Positions 1 to 8,407 of a stretch of DNA of 64,000 nt are shown here, one piece after another (within the stretch, counting starts at the first letter, position 1; the number at the start of each line of letters is the position of its first letter). Position numbers and translations under genes: made by a program. The stretch spans positions 128-64,127 of the forward strand of contig NZ_DATMFZ010000308.1 of the NCBI RefSeq assembly GCF_035556675.1, read 5' to 3'. Source of the stretch: Geminicoccus sp. (GTDB taxonomy: Bacteria; Pseudomonadota; Alphaproteobacteria; Geminicoccales; Geminicoccaceae). Under the pieces are notes generated by a model. The model did no database searches. It saw only the letters and a list, made by a program, of their open reading frames with translations, and was not told the origin of the DNA.

Positions 1-382
1 TCAGGATCACGACGATCTTGAGCTGGGTCAGCCAGACCGTCGGCGGGTGGGAGAGCAGGAACTGGCCGAGCGTGGCCACGATCGTCTGCGCGTTGGCGAG
101 TGCTCCGATCAACGCGCCGATCACGAGCACGGTCGTGGAGGCGAAGAAGGATGCGCTGGACAGCACATGACCTACCAGGGCTGCATCCGTGATGCGGTTC
201 TCCCGCTTGAGCATCGACGCCATCCAGTCCTGGCGGATCTCGACCATCGCCTCGTTCAGCGTGATGCGGCGGCGGCCGACCAGCGCCAGGACGTGGGGAT
301 AGAGCAGCCAGCCGCCGATCAGGACCACGCAGGCGACGAGGTCGGCCCAGCGCCCGGCGGACTGGATTGCCGCATCGGTCAT
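1..382 (-). CDS. DUF599-like integral membrane protein (3' end cut by window edge)
   Basis: There is a minus-strand ATG at 382-380. My translation MTDAAIQSAGRWADLVACVVLIGGWLLYPHV...RQDWMASMLKRENRITDAALVGHVLSSASFFASTTVLVIGAL stays open to position 1, so it is absent from the ORF track. The R-x-W-M...RI-D...FFAST pattern matches my memory of DUF599. The family call is from memory only. Confidence 0.5.
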   Translation of the reverse strand, partial: MTDAAIQSAGRWADLVACVVLIGGWLLYPHVLALVGRRRITLNEAMVEIRQDWMASMLKRENRITDAALVGHVLSSASFFASTTVLVIGALIGALANAQTIVATLGQFLLSHPPTVWLTQLKIVVIL

Positions 383-414
383 GGGCGGGTGTCAGGCCGG
401 CATGGTGGCTGGGA

Positions 415-834
415 TCACGGCGCTTCGCCGCCCGGCCAGTGGTCCGGTGCGTCGGGATCGAGCACCTCGTAGTCGGCCCGGTCCGCGACATAGATGTGCC
501 GCTCGATCACGAGGCCGCTCGGCTGGTCGATCGAGCCGGCACTGATCGAGATGTGCCGGCCATGCGCGGGCTTCCAGAACAGCGGCGAGCCGCACTGCCG
601 GCAAAAGCCGCGCTCTGCCATGGCCGAGGAGCGGTACCAGCCGAGCTGCCCGGTGTCGGTCACGGTCAGCCGGTCGGGTGCGGCCGCCGAGTAGGCGCCG
701 AGATAGCCGTGCGCCCGGCGGCACTGGCCGCAATGGCAGATCGAGATCGCCCTCAGCGGCCCGTCCACCCGGTAGCGCACCGCGCCGCACAGGCAGCCAC
801 CGCGGATCGATCCCGTCACGTCCCTGCTGGTCAT
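415..834 (-). CDS. GFA family protein (CENP-V / glutathione-dependent formaldehyde-activating enzyme fold)
   Basis: This is a 139-aa ORF. It has the Cys pattern CLCGAVRY...CHCGQCRRAHG...FCRQCGSPLF typical of the GFA zinc-binding fold. Confidence 0.85.
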   Translation of the reverse strand: MTSRDVTGSIRGGCLCGAVRYRVDGPLRAISICHCGQCRRAHGYLGAYSAAAPDRLTVTDTGQLGWYRSSAMAERGFCRQCGSPLFWKPAHGRHISISAGSIDQPSGLVIERHIYVADRADYEVLDPDAPDHWPGGEAP

Positions 835-905
835 TGCCTCGCCGTTCCAGGGTGCCCAGACTGTGCCGCAACCTTAGATCGACCGCCTCCGGAGGGCCAA
901 CCGTC

Positions 906-1760
906 ATGACGCTCGTCCGCAAGACCTACGGAAAGGGGCGTGTCCGCGTGCTGCGTGTGCAGCGCCAGGTTCCGGGCCGGCCGGATGGCTGGCACGAGGT
1001 CCGCGAGGCTACGGTCAAGGCCATGGTGACCGGAGACTTCGCCGATACGTTCACCCATGCCGACAATGCGAAGTCGATCTGCACCGACACGATCAAGAAC
1101 ATCGTCAACGTCGTGGCGGCTGAGCACCTGGACTGGAGCAACGAGGCGTTCTGCACCGCGATCGCGCGGCGCCTCCTCCACCAGTACCCGATGCTAGACG
1201 GCGCGAATGTCACCAGCCAGGAGACGGTGTGGCGCCGCCTCGTCACCGCCGGCCAGCCGCAGCCCCACGCCTTCACCCTGGACGGCAACGGCACGCCGTT
1301 CGCCCGCGCGACCATGACCCGCAGCTCGCTGCTCACCGAATCGGGCATCACCGGCTTCACCTTCATGAAGTCGACCGGCTCCGGCTGGGCCAACTTCGTG
1401 AAGGAGCCGTTCACGACGCTCAAGGAAACCGACGACCGCATCGCCGCCACCGCGATGGATGCGTCCTGGCGATGGCACAGCGTGCCGCCCGACTACGAGG
1501 CGGCCAGGGCCCGGATCCTCGACACGATGCTGAGCGTGTTCGGCAGCACCTACAGCAAGAGCATCCAGGACAGCCTGTACCGGATGGGCAAGGCTGCCCT
1601 GAAGGCGGTGCCGGAGATCGAGGAGATCACGCTGGCCTGCCCGAACAAGCACTACCTGCTCGTGAACCTGGAGCCGTTCGGGATGGACAACCACAACCAG
1701 GTGTTTACCGCGACTGACGAGCCGCACGGCCAGATCGAGTGCACGATCGGCCGGAACTGA
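906..1760 (+). CDS. urate oxidase (factor-independent urate hydroxylase)
   Basis: I take the in-frame ATG at 906 within ORF 678..1760; the upstream part is Arg/Pro-rich and overlaps the GFA gene. MTLVRKTYGKGRVRVLRV..., TDTIKNIVNVVA and the ~285-aa length fit bacterial uricases. Confidence 0.85.
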   Translation: MTLVRKTYGKGRVRVLRVQRQVPGRPDGWHEVREATVKAMVTGDFADTFTHADNAKSICTDTIKNIVNVVAAEHLDWSNEAFCTAIARRLLHQYPMLDGANVTSQETVWRRLVTAGQPQPHAFTLDGNGTPFARATMTRSSLLTESGITGFTFMKSTGSGWANFVKEPFTTLKETDDRIAATAMDASWRWHSVPPDYEAARARILDTMLSVFGSTYSKSIQDSLYRMGKAALKAVPEIEEITLACPNKHYLLVNLEPFGMDNHNQVFTATDEPHGQIECTIGRN

Positions 1761-1788
1761 CGACCCGAGGAATCCCGGCCCACCTGCA

Positions 1789-1821
1789 AAGCCTCCCCGC
1801 TGCAATGCTGCGGGGAGGCTT
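1789..1821. terminator. 12-bp GC-rich hairpin between convergent genes (candidate bidirectional terminator)
   Basis: aagcctccccgc (1789-1800) pairs perfectly with gcggggaggctt (1810-1821) around a 9-nt loop. It lies 29 nt after the uricase stop. There is no long T-tract. Confidence 0.5.
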
Positions 1822-1860
1822 CGTGATCGGCAGGCTCGGCTGGCCGGGCCTGACCCGGTA

Positions 1861-2288
1861 TCAGTAGACCCTGACCCGTTCGCCGGTCGCCGAGTGCTGC
1901 TGGACGCGCAGGTTGTTCTGCACGTGCTTCCCCCCCGGATACGGTCGCCGCGATAGCACTCCTGGCCGTAGCCGCCGCGATAAGGACCTTCCGCGAGGCC
2001 GCGGCCATAGGTCTGGCGGCAGTCTCGGTCGTCACCTTCGTCATAGAACCGGCTGTACTGCGACGTCCGAAGTCGCGTTCCTCGCCCGGATAGCGATCCT
2101 GGCCGAAGCCACGGTCCCGGCCACGATAAGTGCCGCGATCTTACTTCCAGCCACGGGGGCGGTCATGGCCCGCCATGTTGCCGTGCCTCGTTGGGCCGGG
2201 AAGCCATCACTGGCCCGTATGCCGACCCAAACCTCTCGTCGCGACAGGGCTTCCGTCGCCGCGCCGGCAGTGACTGCGCCCCGGCCGA
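1861..2288 (-). pseudogene. possible decayed Arg/Gly/Tyr-rich ORF (frame-broken)
   Basis: My hand translation of the minus strand gives similar low-complexity peptides in three different frames. They are DRGTYRGRDRGFGQDRYPGEERDFGRR, then YSRFYDEGDDRDCRQTYGRGLAEGPYRGGYGQECYRGDRIRGG, then KHVQNNLRVQQHSATGERVRVY-stop at 1861. The last two join at a C7 homopolymer (1930-1936). No single intact frame has a start codon. Confidence 0.2.
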
Positions 2289-2558
2289 TCAGCCCGTCGC
2301 CGAAGGAGCCGTCCGGCCGGACGTGACGTCGCAGTCGATGCCCAGGGGGCGCCAGGACGCATTGTTCAGCACCATCTCGCAGCGAGCGAGCTGCCGCTTT
2401 CCGTTCACGTCCAGGCACACGATGTCGCCCTGCTCCGCCATGCCGCCGGCATGACGGCAGGGACAGGCACGGTCGGCATGGCCGTCGGACGATGTCGACG
2501 GCAACCCCGCCAGCAGGACGGCCAGCCAAGCCAGGTGCAGGAAGCGCGCTCGGTTCAT
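2289..2558 (-). CDS. small secreted Cys-containing hypothetical protein
   Basis: I take the internal ATG at 2558 of ORF 2289..2684. MNRARFLHLAWLAVLLAGLPSTSS looks like a signal peptide. The mature part has 6 Cys. I recognise no family. Confidence 0.45.
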   Translation of the reverse strand: MNRARFLHLAWLAVLLAGLPSTSSDGHADRACPCRHAGGMAEQGDIVCLDVNGKRQLARCEMVLNNASWRPLGIDCDVTSGRTAPSATG

Positions 2559-2699
2559 GCGCGGACCGCCGTTGCGAAGCGGCCAGGACGGTCTGGCCAG
2601 GCTGGCAGCGTCGCATGTTTTCGCAAATCCGGTAAGCTCGTACCTGCGAGGCCGAGGACCGCTCCGGCTGGTCCCCGACGCCAACCAGGGAGCAGGGCA

Positions 2700-2996
2700 A
2701 TGTCCACCTACATCGCGCTGATGAACTACACCGACAAAGGTATGGCCAACATCCAGGAATCACCCGGCCGGCTGGACAAGGCCCGGGCACTGCTGCGCGA
2801 GATGGACGGTGACTTCCGCCAGGTGTTCCTCACCATGGGCGGCTACGACCTGGTCGTGATCTATGACGCGCCGGACGATGCCACCTCGGCGCGCTTCGTC
2901 CTGCGCCTGGGCAAGCTGGGCCATGTGCGCACCACGACGCTGAAGGCTTTTCCGGAAGCCGCGTACCGTGAGATCATCGCGCATCTGGATGGCTGA
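2700..2996 (+). CDS. GYD domain-containing protein
   Basis: I take the ATG at 2700, in frame with ORF 2451..2996. MSTYIALMNYTDKGMANIQESPGRLDKARALLREMDG...TMGGYDLVVIYDAPDD is the classic ~98-aa GYD family pattern. Confidence 0.85.
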   Translation: MSTYIALMNYTDKGMANIQESPGRLDKARALLREMDGDFRQVFLTMGGYDLVVIYDAPDDATSARFVLRLGKLGHVRTTTLKAFPEAAYREIIAHLDG

Positions 2997-3001
2997 ACCG
3001 G

Positions 3002-3079
3002 CGACCCGGCCAGGAGAAGTTCCCGCCGGGTCGTCCCCCCTTTGGCAGACGACCCGGCGGGCCCCGACAGTAATTGTCG
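3002..3079 (+). terminator. cluster of mutually exclusive GC hairpins downstream of the GYD gene
   Basis: cgacccggc (3002-3010) pairs with gccgggtcg inside 3022-3033. The same cccgccgggtcg (3022-3033) also pairs 12/12 with cgacccggcggg (3050-3061). A third hairpin is ccgaca-gtaat-tgtcgg (3064-3080). No clean U-tract is present. Confidence 0.35.
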
Positions 3080-3613
3080 GGCGAGTGCGGCAGATGTCTT
3101 CGGCCGCCACGGACTATGCAAGTTGAATTGATAATGGTGTGCATCGCGCAGACCCGGAGCGGTCAGGCCGGTGGTGATCGCATGAATAACAACGACCCTG
3201 AACCGAGTACCGCTTGTCTCCAGCTCCGATGCGATTCGTAACCACGCTCCGTTTCCACCGGCACCGCAGTGCAACTGCCGGCGAAGCGTCAGTACGTGAA
3301 AATCTTGAACCTTACCCGTACAAATTGACGCAGGCAGATTGCCACATCGACCAGTAGAGTCACAACCTGAAATCGTGGGACCCTCCTGTCAATCCTTGGC
3401 CTTTCCTGGAACTTCCAGCTCTGGCGAAGGTAGGCAGCTTGATTTTCTCCTATAAGGTGAACTACCGGCTTCACCTAGATGGTGCCGCGCCGGAGCCTGC
3501 CAGGGCCGTCATGCACCGGAGGTCAAGTCGACCAGGCGCCTATTTTCGTCCTGGTCCGTCCGCATTGTTCGCCGTCCCGCGGCCCCTGCCGGCCAACGGG
3601 GAAAGGATACTCG

Positions 3614-3991
3614 ATGTCGTCCATAAAGAGCCCCAACACCTTCGATGACTCAGCCCCCCTCGGCCGGCCGAACCTCCTGGAGCTGTGGCACGAGCGTAAC
3701 CGGCTGATCGACCGGCTCAGGTCGGTCGACGAGCACGCACAGCAGGACCTGCACGCCTTGCTGAGCCGGAGCTGGGACGAGCTCGACGAGCGGATCGTCA
3801 CCACGGCCAGCAGCAGCGTCGACGATCTGCGCGGGAAGCTGGCATTCATGCGCTGGTGGCTGAAGGAGCCGGACGAGAGCCAGCAGTACCAGCTGATGCA
3901 GAGCATCGTGGACGATGTCGAGCGGATGATTCTGCCTGGCACGGCTGTGGCCACGCCCGATCCGGACGAGGGCCCGCCGCGCGCAGCGTGA
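3614..3991 (+). CDS. hypothetical protein (predicted all-helical, acidic)
   Basis: The ATG at 3614 is preceded by gaaaggatactcg, a GGA-type RBS. The 125-aa product is MSSIKSPNTFDDSAPLGRPNLLELWHERNRLIDRL.... I recognise no family. It sits after a low-GC spacer. Confidence 0.55.
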   Translation: MSSIKSPNTFDDSAPLGRPNLLELWHERNRLIDRLRSVDEHAQQDLHALLSRSWDELDERIVTTASSSVDDLRGKLAFMRWWLKEPDESQQYQLMQSIVDDVERMILPGTAVATPDPDEGPPRAA

Positions 3992-4006
3992 CCGCCTGCC
4001 CGTGGT

Positions 4007-4759
4007 TCAGGCGAGCTTTTCCCCGTCACGCAGGATCGCGTCCACCGCCTCCGGATAGAAGGCGATCAGGTCCTTGATCCGCGGAATCTCCGCGATCGGG
4101 TTGCGGTAGGTCCAGGCGACGTTCTCGTGGATCGTCCCGTCGATCACCGCGGACCAGTAGGACGCCGTCCCCTTGTAGGGGCAGCGCGTCGTCCTGGGTG
4201 AGAAGGCCAGGAGGTCCAGGCGGCAATCCTCCGGGGGCAGGTAGTAGCGCACCGGATGGTTGGTCTCGACCAGCACGAGCGGGCGGTGGCTTTCGGCCAG
4301 CACGACGTCCGCCAGCACCACCTGGATGTGTGCCGAGCTCTGCAGCGTGTCGATACGGACCTGCGGATCGCGCGGATGCACGAACACCTCCTCGTCCTCC
4401 TCGAACCAGGCGTCCACCGCCCCCCATACGAAGGCGATGTGGTCCTTGAGCGGCAACAGCACCGGATCGGCCGGTTGCGGGTGGCTCCAGGCGGCGTCGC
4501 ACACCTCGCGGTCCTCGCTGGCCAGGTCGAAGCGCTCGACGGGACCCGCCCGGCCGGGGCCGCCGCCCAGGCCGGTGGAGCGCAGCTGCGCCGGCTTCAC
4601 GTCGATCCGCGGGAAGTAGTAGACCGGCAGGATGCCCTGGCCGCGCAGGATCAGGACATTGCGGCTGTCGGCCACCACCTTGCCGGCGAACACGGCCCGG
4701 ACCCGCTTCTGGCAGGGCAGGACCATCAGGACACCGCTGCCCAGCTTGTCGTCGTCCAA
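4007..4759 (-). CDS. tandem DUF427 domain protein
   Basis: There are two DUF427-like halves. One has VRAVFAGKVVADS...PVYYFPRIDV. The other has IQVVLADVVLAES...PVRYYLPPEDC...TRCPYKGTASYWS...VAWTYRNP...IAFY. Confidence 0.8.
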   Translation of the reverse strand: MDDDKLGSGVLMVLPCQKRVRAVFAGKVVADSRNVLILRGQGILPVYYFPRIDVKPAQLRSTGLGGGPGRAGPVERFDLASEDREVCDAAWSHPQPADPVLLPLKDHIAFVWGAVDAWFEEDEEVFVHPRDPQVRIDTLQSSAHIQVVLADVVLAESHRPLVLVETNHPVRYYLPPEDCRLDLLAFSPRTTRCPYKGTASYWSAVIDGTIHENVAWTYRNPIAEIPRIKDLIAFYPEAVDAILRDGEKLA

Positions 4760-4773
4760 CAGGGGAGGCTCCT

Positions 4774-6120
4774 TCAGCTGGCCGGGCCCGCGGCGAACCG
4801 GTTGGCGGGGCGAGACAGGCCCAGCCGGCTGCGCAGCGTTCCAGGCGCATAGTCGGTGTGGAAGACGCCCCGCCGCTGCAGTTCCGGCACGACCCGGCCC
4901 GCGAACAGGTCGAGCCCCTCGGGCAGGAGCGGGAACATCAGGTTATAGCCGTCCGCCGCACCCGCAAGGAACCATTCCTCCAGCCGGTCCGCAACGTCGG
5001 TGGCGGTGCCCGAGACGGTGGCGACCGAGCCGGTATTGGCCATCTTGCGGCCGAGCTCGCGGATGGTGAGCCCCTGCCGCGCCGCGTCGCGGATCAGGCC
5101 CAGCTTGGTGTGCCCCGAGGCGAACCCGTCCTCGCCGGGCAGGTCGGGCAGCGGCCCGTCGATCGGATAGCGGGACAGGTCGGTGCGGGTCCAGTAGGAG
5201 AGGAGATCGACCGCGACCTTGTCGAGCAGCAGGTCCTTCAGCGCTTCCGCCTTGTCCGCCGCCTCGTCCCGGCTGTCGGCCACGATCGGCTGCAGGCCGG
5301 GCAGGATCTTCAGTTCCGAGGGTGCCCTTCCGTGCCTGGCCAGGCGCTGGTTCATGTCGGCGCGATAGGCCAGGCCCTCGTCGAGGCTGCGGAAGATGCC
5401 GAAATGAATGTCGGCGTGGCGGGCGGCCAGTTCCTTGCCGTCATTGGACGAGCCGGCCTGGACCAGCACGGGATGGCCCTGCGGCGGGCGCGGGATGTTG
5501 AGGGGGCCGCGGACCTTGAAGAACTCGCCATGGTGGTCGAGATGGTGGACCCTGGCCGGATCGGCGAAGCAGCCGCTCTGCTTGTCGATCAGGAGCGCCT
5601 CGTCCTCCCAGCTGTCCCAGAGCGCCTTCACCACGTCCACGGATTCATGGGCGCGCCCGTAGCGGGTGCCGTGCTCGAGCTGCCGGTCGCGGCCGAAGTT
5701 CAGCGCCTCCTCGTCCATGGCCGAGGTGACGATGTTCCAGGCGGCCCGCCCCTGGCTGATGAAGTCGAGCGAGGCGAACTTGCGGGCGATGTGGAACGGC
5801 TCGTTATAGGTGGTGGAAGCCGTGCCGATCAGCCCGATCTCGCTGGTCACCGCGGCCAGCGCGGACAGCAGGGTGAACATCTCCAGCCGCACATTGGCAT
5901 AGTGCGCGATGCCGCTCGGCAGCTGGTCCCAGATCGCGACCTCGTCCGCCACGAACAGCACGTCCAGCTTCGCCTGCTCAGCGGTCTCACACAGTCGGCG
6001 GTAGTAGGCCAGGTCGAGGATTTCCGCGCCCGGTGCGTGCGGATGCCGCCAGGCCACCCGATGGTCGCCCTGCGGATTGAAGAAGAAGGCGCTCAGTATC
6101 ATCGACTTGCTCGGTGCCAT
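4774..6120 (-). CDS. LLM-class flavin-dependent monooxygenase (NtaA/SnaA/DszA family)
   Basis: The product is 448 aa. LSAFFFNPQGDHRVAWRHP..., GRAAWNIVTS and the C-terminal GVFHTDY...TLRSRLGL are typical of nitrilotriacetate-monooxygenase-type enzymes. Confidence 0.9.
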   Translation of the reverse strand: MAPSKSMILSAFFFNPQGDHRVAWRHPHAPGAEILDLAYYRRLCETAEQAKLDVLFVADEVAIWDQLPSGIAHYANVRLEMFTLLSALAAVTSEIGLIGTASTTYNEPFHIARKFASLDFISQGRAAWNIVTSAMDEEALNFGRDRQLEHGTRYGRAHESVDVVKALWDSWEDEALLIDKQSGCFADPARVHHLDHHGEFFKVRGPLNIPRPPQGHPVLVQAGSSNDGKELAARHADIHFGIFRSLDEGLAYRADMNQRLARHGRAPSELKILPGLQPIVADSRDEAADKAEALKDLLLDKVAVDLLSYWTRTDLSRYPIDGPLPDLPGEDGFASGHTKLGLIRDAARQGLTIRELGRKMANTGSVATVSGTATDVADRLEEWFLAGAADGYNLMFPLLPEGLDLFAGRVVPELQRRGVFHTDYAPGTLRSRLGLSRPANRFAAGPAS

Positions 6121-6219
6121 CGCTGGACGTCATCCCCGATCTTGGGCCCCGCAGGAGAATGATCTCGCCCGACCCGATTAACACCCGAGGGTGGCGGCAG
6201 AAACCGGCGAGGCGGGCGA

Positions 6220-7164
6220 TCAGCCCGTGCCGGCCGGCTGCCTGCTCCAGCTGCCGGCGATCGCCTGGACGAAGGTCGCCGCCAGGATCAGCATGCCGCC
6301 CAGCAGTACCGCCGGCGGCGGCACCTCCGCCACGACCAGCCACACCCACAAGGGCGAGAGGGCCAGTTCGGCCATGGCGACGAGCTGCAGCTGAGCCGCC
6401 GGCATGTGCCGCGCACCGCGCGTATAGCAGACCATGCCCAGGCCCAGCTGGACCACACCCATGGTCACGCACAAGGCGAGGTCGCGGCCGGTGACGGCGA
6501 AGCTGGCGCCGATGCCCCCGGCACTGCCGAGCAGGACCACCAGTGCCAGCAGGGAGGAGATCACGCCGGAGGCCAGGCTGGCCGGCAGCATGTCGCCCTG
6601 CCGGCCCCGGCGCAGAAAGAAGCTCATGAGCGCGAAGCAGATGGCGCTGCCCAGAGCCAGCAGGTTGCCGACCAGCCGGTCGAAGCTCACCGCACCCTCG
6701 ACCATCACCAGGATGCCGGCCATGGCCATGATCATCGCGACCCAGGTGATGACCGGGATGGGCTCCTTCAGGAACATCCGGCCGAGCAGGGCGGTGACGA
6801 AGGGCGCTATGCCGGACATGAAGAGCGCGTTGGCGACCGTGATGGTCTCGAGCGACAGGATGAACAGGACCAGCGTGCCGCTGGAGGCGGCACCGGCCAG
6901 GAGCGCGTCCCAGCCGGCCTCGCGGATCGCGGCCACCAGCCGATGGCGGTAGTGGATCGCGAGCAGGGCCAGCATGGTACCGGTGAGTGCCAGCGAGCGG
7001 TAGAAGATGATCTGCCAGCTCCCGGCCGCCTCCGTCAGCCGCACGAGCACCCCGGACAGGCTGAAGAAGCAGGTGGCCAGCACCACGAGCAGGACGCCCT
7101 GGCGATAGGCGGCGCTGTCCGGAACCGCCGCGAGCGCCGGGACGGCCTGTCGTCGGAGACTCAC
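6220..7164 (-). CDS. DMT-superfamily transporter (EamA/RhaT type)
   Basis: It is a ~10-TM hydrophobic protein with two EamA-like halves. I prefer the GTG at 7164, which overlaps the GNAT stop as GTGA, over the ORF-track start at 7188. Confidence 0.8.
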   Translation of the reverse strand: MSLRRQAVPALAAVPDSAAYRQGVLLVVLATCFFSLSGVLVRLTEAAGSWQIIFYRSLALTGTMLALLAIHYRHRLVAAIREAGWDALLAGAASSGTLVLFILSLETITVANALFMSGIAPFVTALLGRMFLKEPIPVITWVAMIMAMAGILVMVEGAVSFDRLVGNLLALGSAICFALMSFFLRRGRQGDMLPASLASGVISSLLALVVLLGSAGGIGASFAVTGRDLALCVTMGVVQLGLGMVCYTRGARHMPAAQLQLVAMAELALSPLWVWLVVAEVPPPAVLLGGMLILAATFVQAIAGSWSRQPAGTG

Positions 7165-7604
7165 AGCGGGATGTCGTACGTCACCCACTTCGTCTTGGTG
7201 CCCACCCGGTCGTAGACGCTGCGCGCGCGGTAGTTGTCCTCCGCCGTGATCCAGCGGATCACCGACCAGCCGCGCTTTCGGCCTTCCTCCGCAATCGCGG
7301 CGAAGATCGCCTGGGCAGCACCGGAGCCGCGGGCCTGGGGGTCGACGAACAGGTCGTCGAAGAAGCCGCCGGTGCTGGCGGCGAGCGGGCGGGCGAAGGG
7401 GCGAAAATGGGCCAGCGCAATCGGCTTGCCGCGGTCGTCCAGCGCCAGGAAGCCGGTCACCTCATGGTCCGGATCCTGCAGCCAGCCCCACACCCGGGCG
7501 CGCATCTCGGGCGTCTGCTCGACCTTGTAGAAGGCGGCGTAGGCCGCGTAGAGGCGCTCCCAGTCGTCCCGATGCTCCGGCGTGATCGGGACGATGCGGG
7601 TCAT
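7161..7604 (-). CDS. GNAT family N-acetyltransferase
   Basis: This is the C-terminal 147 aa of the long ORF 7161..9287. MTRIVPITPEHRDDWERLY...DLFVDPQARGSGAAQAIF is the acetyl-CoA motif A. Its ATG overlaps the HAD stop as ATGA. Confidence 0.85.
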   Translation of the reverse strand: MTRIVPITPEHRDDWERLYAAYAAFYKVEQTPEMRARVWGWLQDPDHEVTGFLALDDRGKPIALAHFRPFARPLAASTGGFFDDLFVDPQARGSGAAQAIFAAIAEEGRKRGWSVIRWITAEDNYRARSVYDRVGTKTKWVTYDIPL

Positions 7605-8398
7605 GCACGGGCCTCCAGGATGGCGTCGACCAGTTCGACGAAACCGGCACCAGCTTCGGACGGAGTGACATAGGCTGGCAAGGCCGGCATGCGGTCGGCA
7701 AAGCCCAGGACGTTGGCGACCCCCACCGCGTTCGGGAACCAGCCGAACATCGGCGCGTCGTTCGGACTGTCGCCGGCATAGATGAAGCGCTCCCGCTCCG
7801 CCTCCAGGTCGATGCCCAGCGCCTCTTCGGCGAAGATCCTGGACATGGTCAGCTTGTCGTGGTCGCCGAACCAGCCATTGACGTGGATCGAGGAGACCTT
7901 CGCCACGGCACCGGCCTCCTCGAAGATCCGGACGATCCGGTCGACCGCTTCGCGCGGCAAAGGCGGGACGTCCTCGCAGAAGTCGATGGCGAGGTCGGCC
8001 TCGCGGTAGAGCTGGTCGGAGGCGACGGCGGCACCCGGCACCTCCGCCAGCACCCGCTCCCGGATCGCCACCAGCCGCGCACGGTTGGCGGCGCGCACGG
8101 CCTCGTCCTGGGCAAAGCGCCGGATCATCCGGCGCTGCGCATGGTCGTAGCGGAAGAAGAAGGCCCCGTTCTCGCCGACCACCCCGTCGACCGGCCAGAA
8201 GCGCGCCACCATGTCGCACCAGCCGGCCGGCCGGCCGGTGATGGGTACGACCGTGATCCCCGCCTCCTGCAGCCGGCCCAGCGCCGCATAGGCCGCAGGG
8301 GTGAGCCGCCCCTCCGTCGTGATCGTGTCGTCGATGTCGGTAAACAGGCCGGCACAGGCGCTGCGGGTGGCGGCGGGCATCGCGGCCAGGGGCTGCAT
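7601..8398 (-). CDS. HAD-IIB family hydrolase (sugar-phosphate phosphatase type)
   Basis: FTDIDDTITT is HAD motif I, VVPITGRPAG is motif II, and YAGDSPNDAPMF is motif IV. Confidence 0.85.
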   Translation of the reverse strand: MQPLAAMPAATRSACAGLFTDIDDTITTEGRLTPAAYAALGRLQEAGITVVPITGRPAGWCDMVARFWPVDGVVGENGAFFFRYDHAQRRMIRRFAQDEAVRAANRARLVAIRERVLAEVPGAAVASDQLYREADLAIDFCEDVPPLPREAVDRIVRIFEEAGAVAKVSSIHVNGWFGDHDKLTMSRIFAEEALGIDLEAERERFIYAGDSPNDAPMFGWFPNAVGVANVLGFADRMPALPAYVTPSEAGAGFVELVDAILEARA

Positions 8399-8407
8399 GT
8401 CGTTCTC

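Noticed and set aside
3289-3474. A 61-aa minus-strand ORF in the low-GC spacer.
   Set aside because: It has no RBS and no recognisable fold or motif. Its composition (K/R/V/F-rich) looks like a chance ORF in AT-richer DNA. I kept it only as part of the spacer finding.
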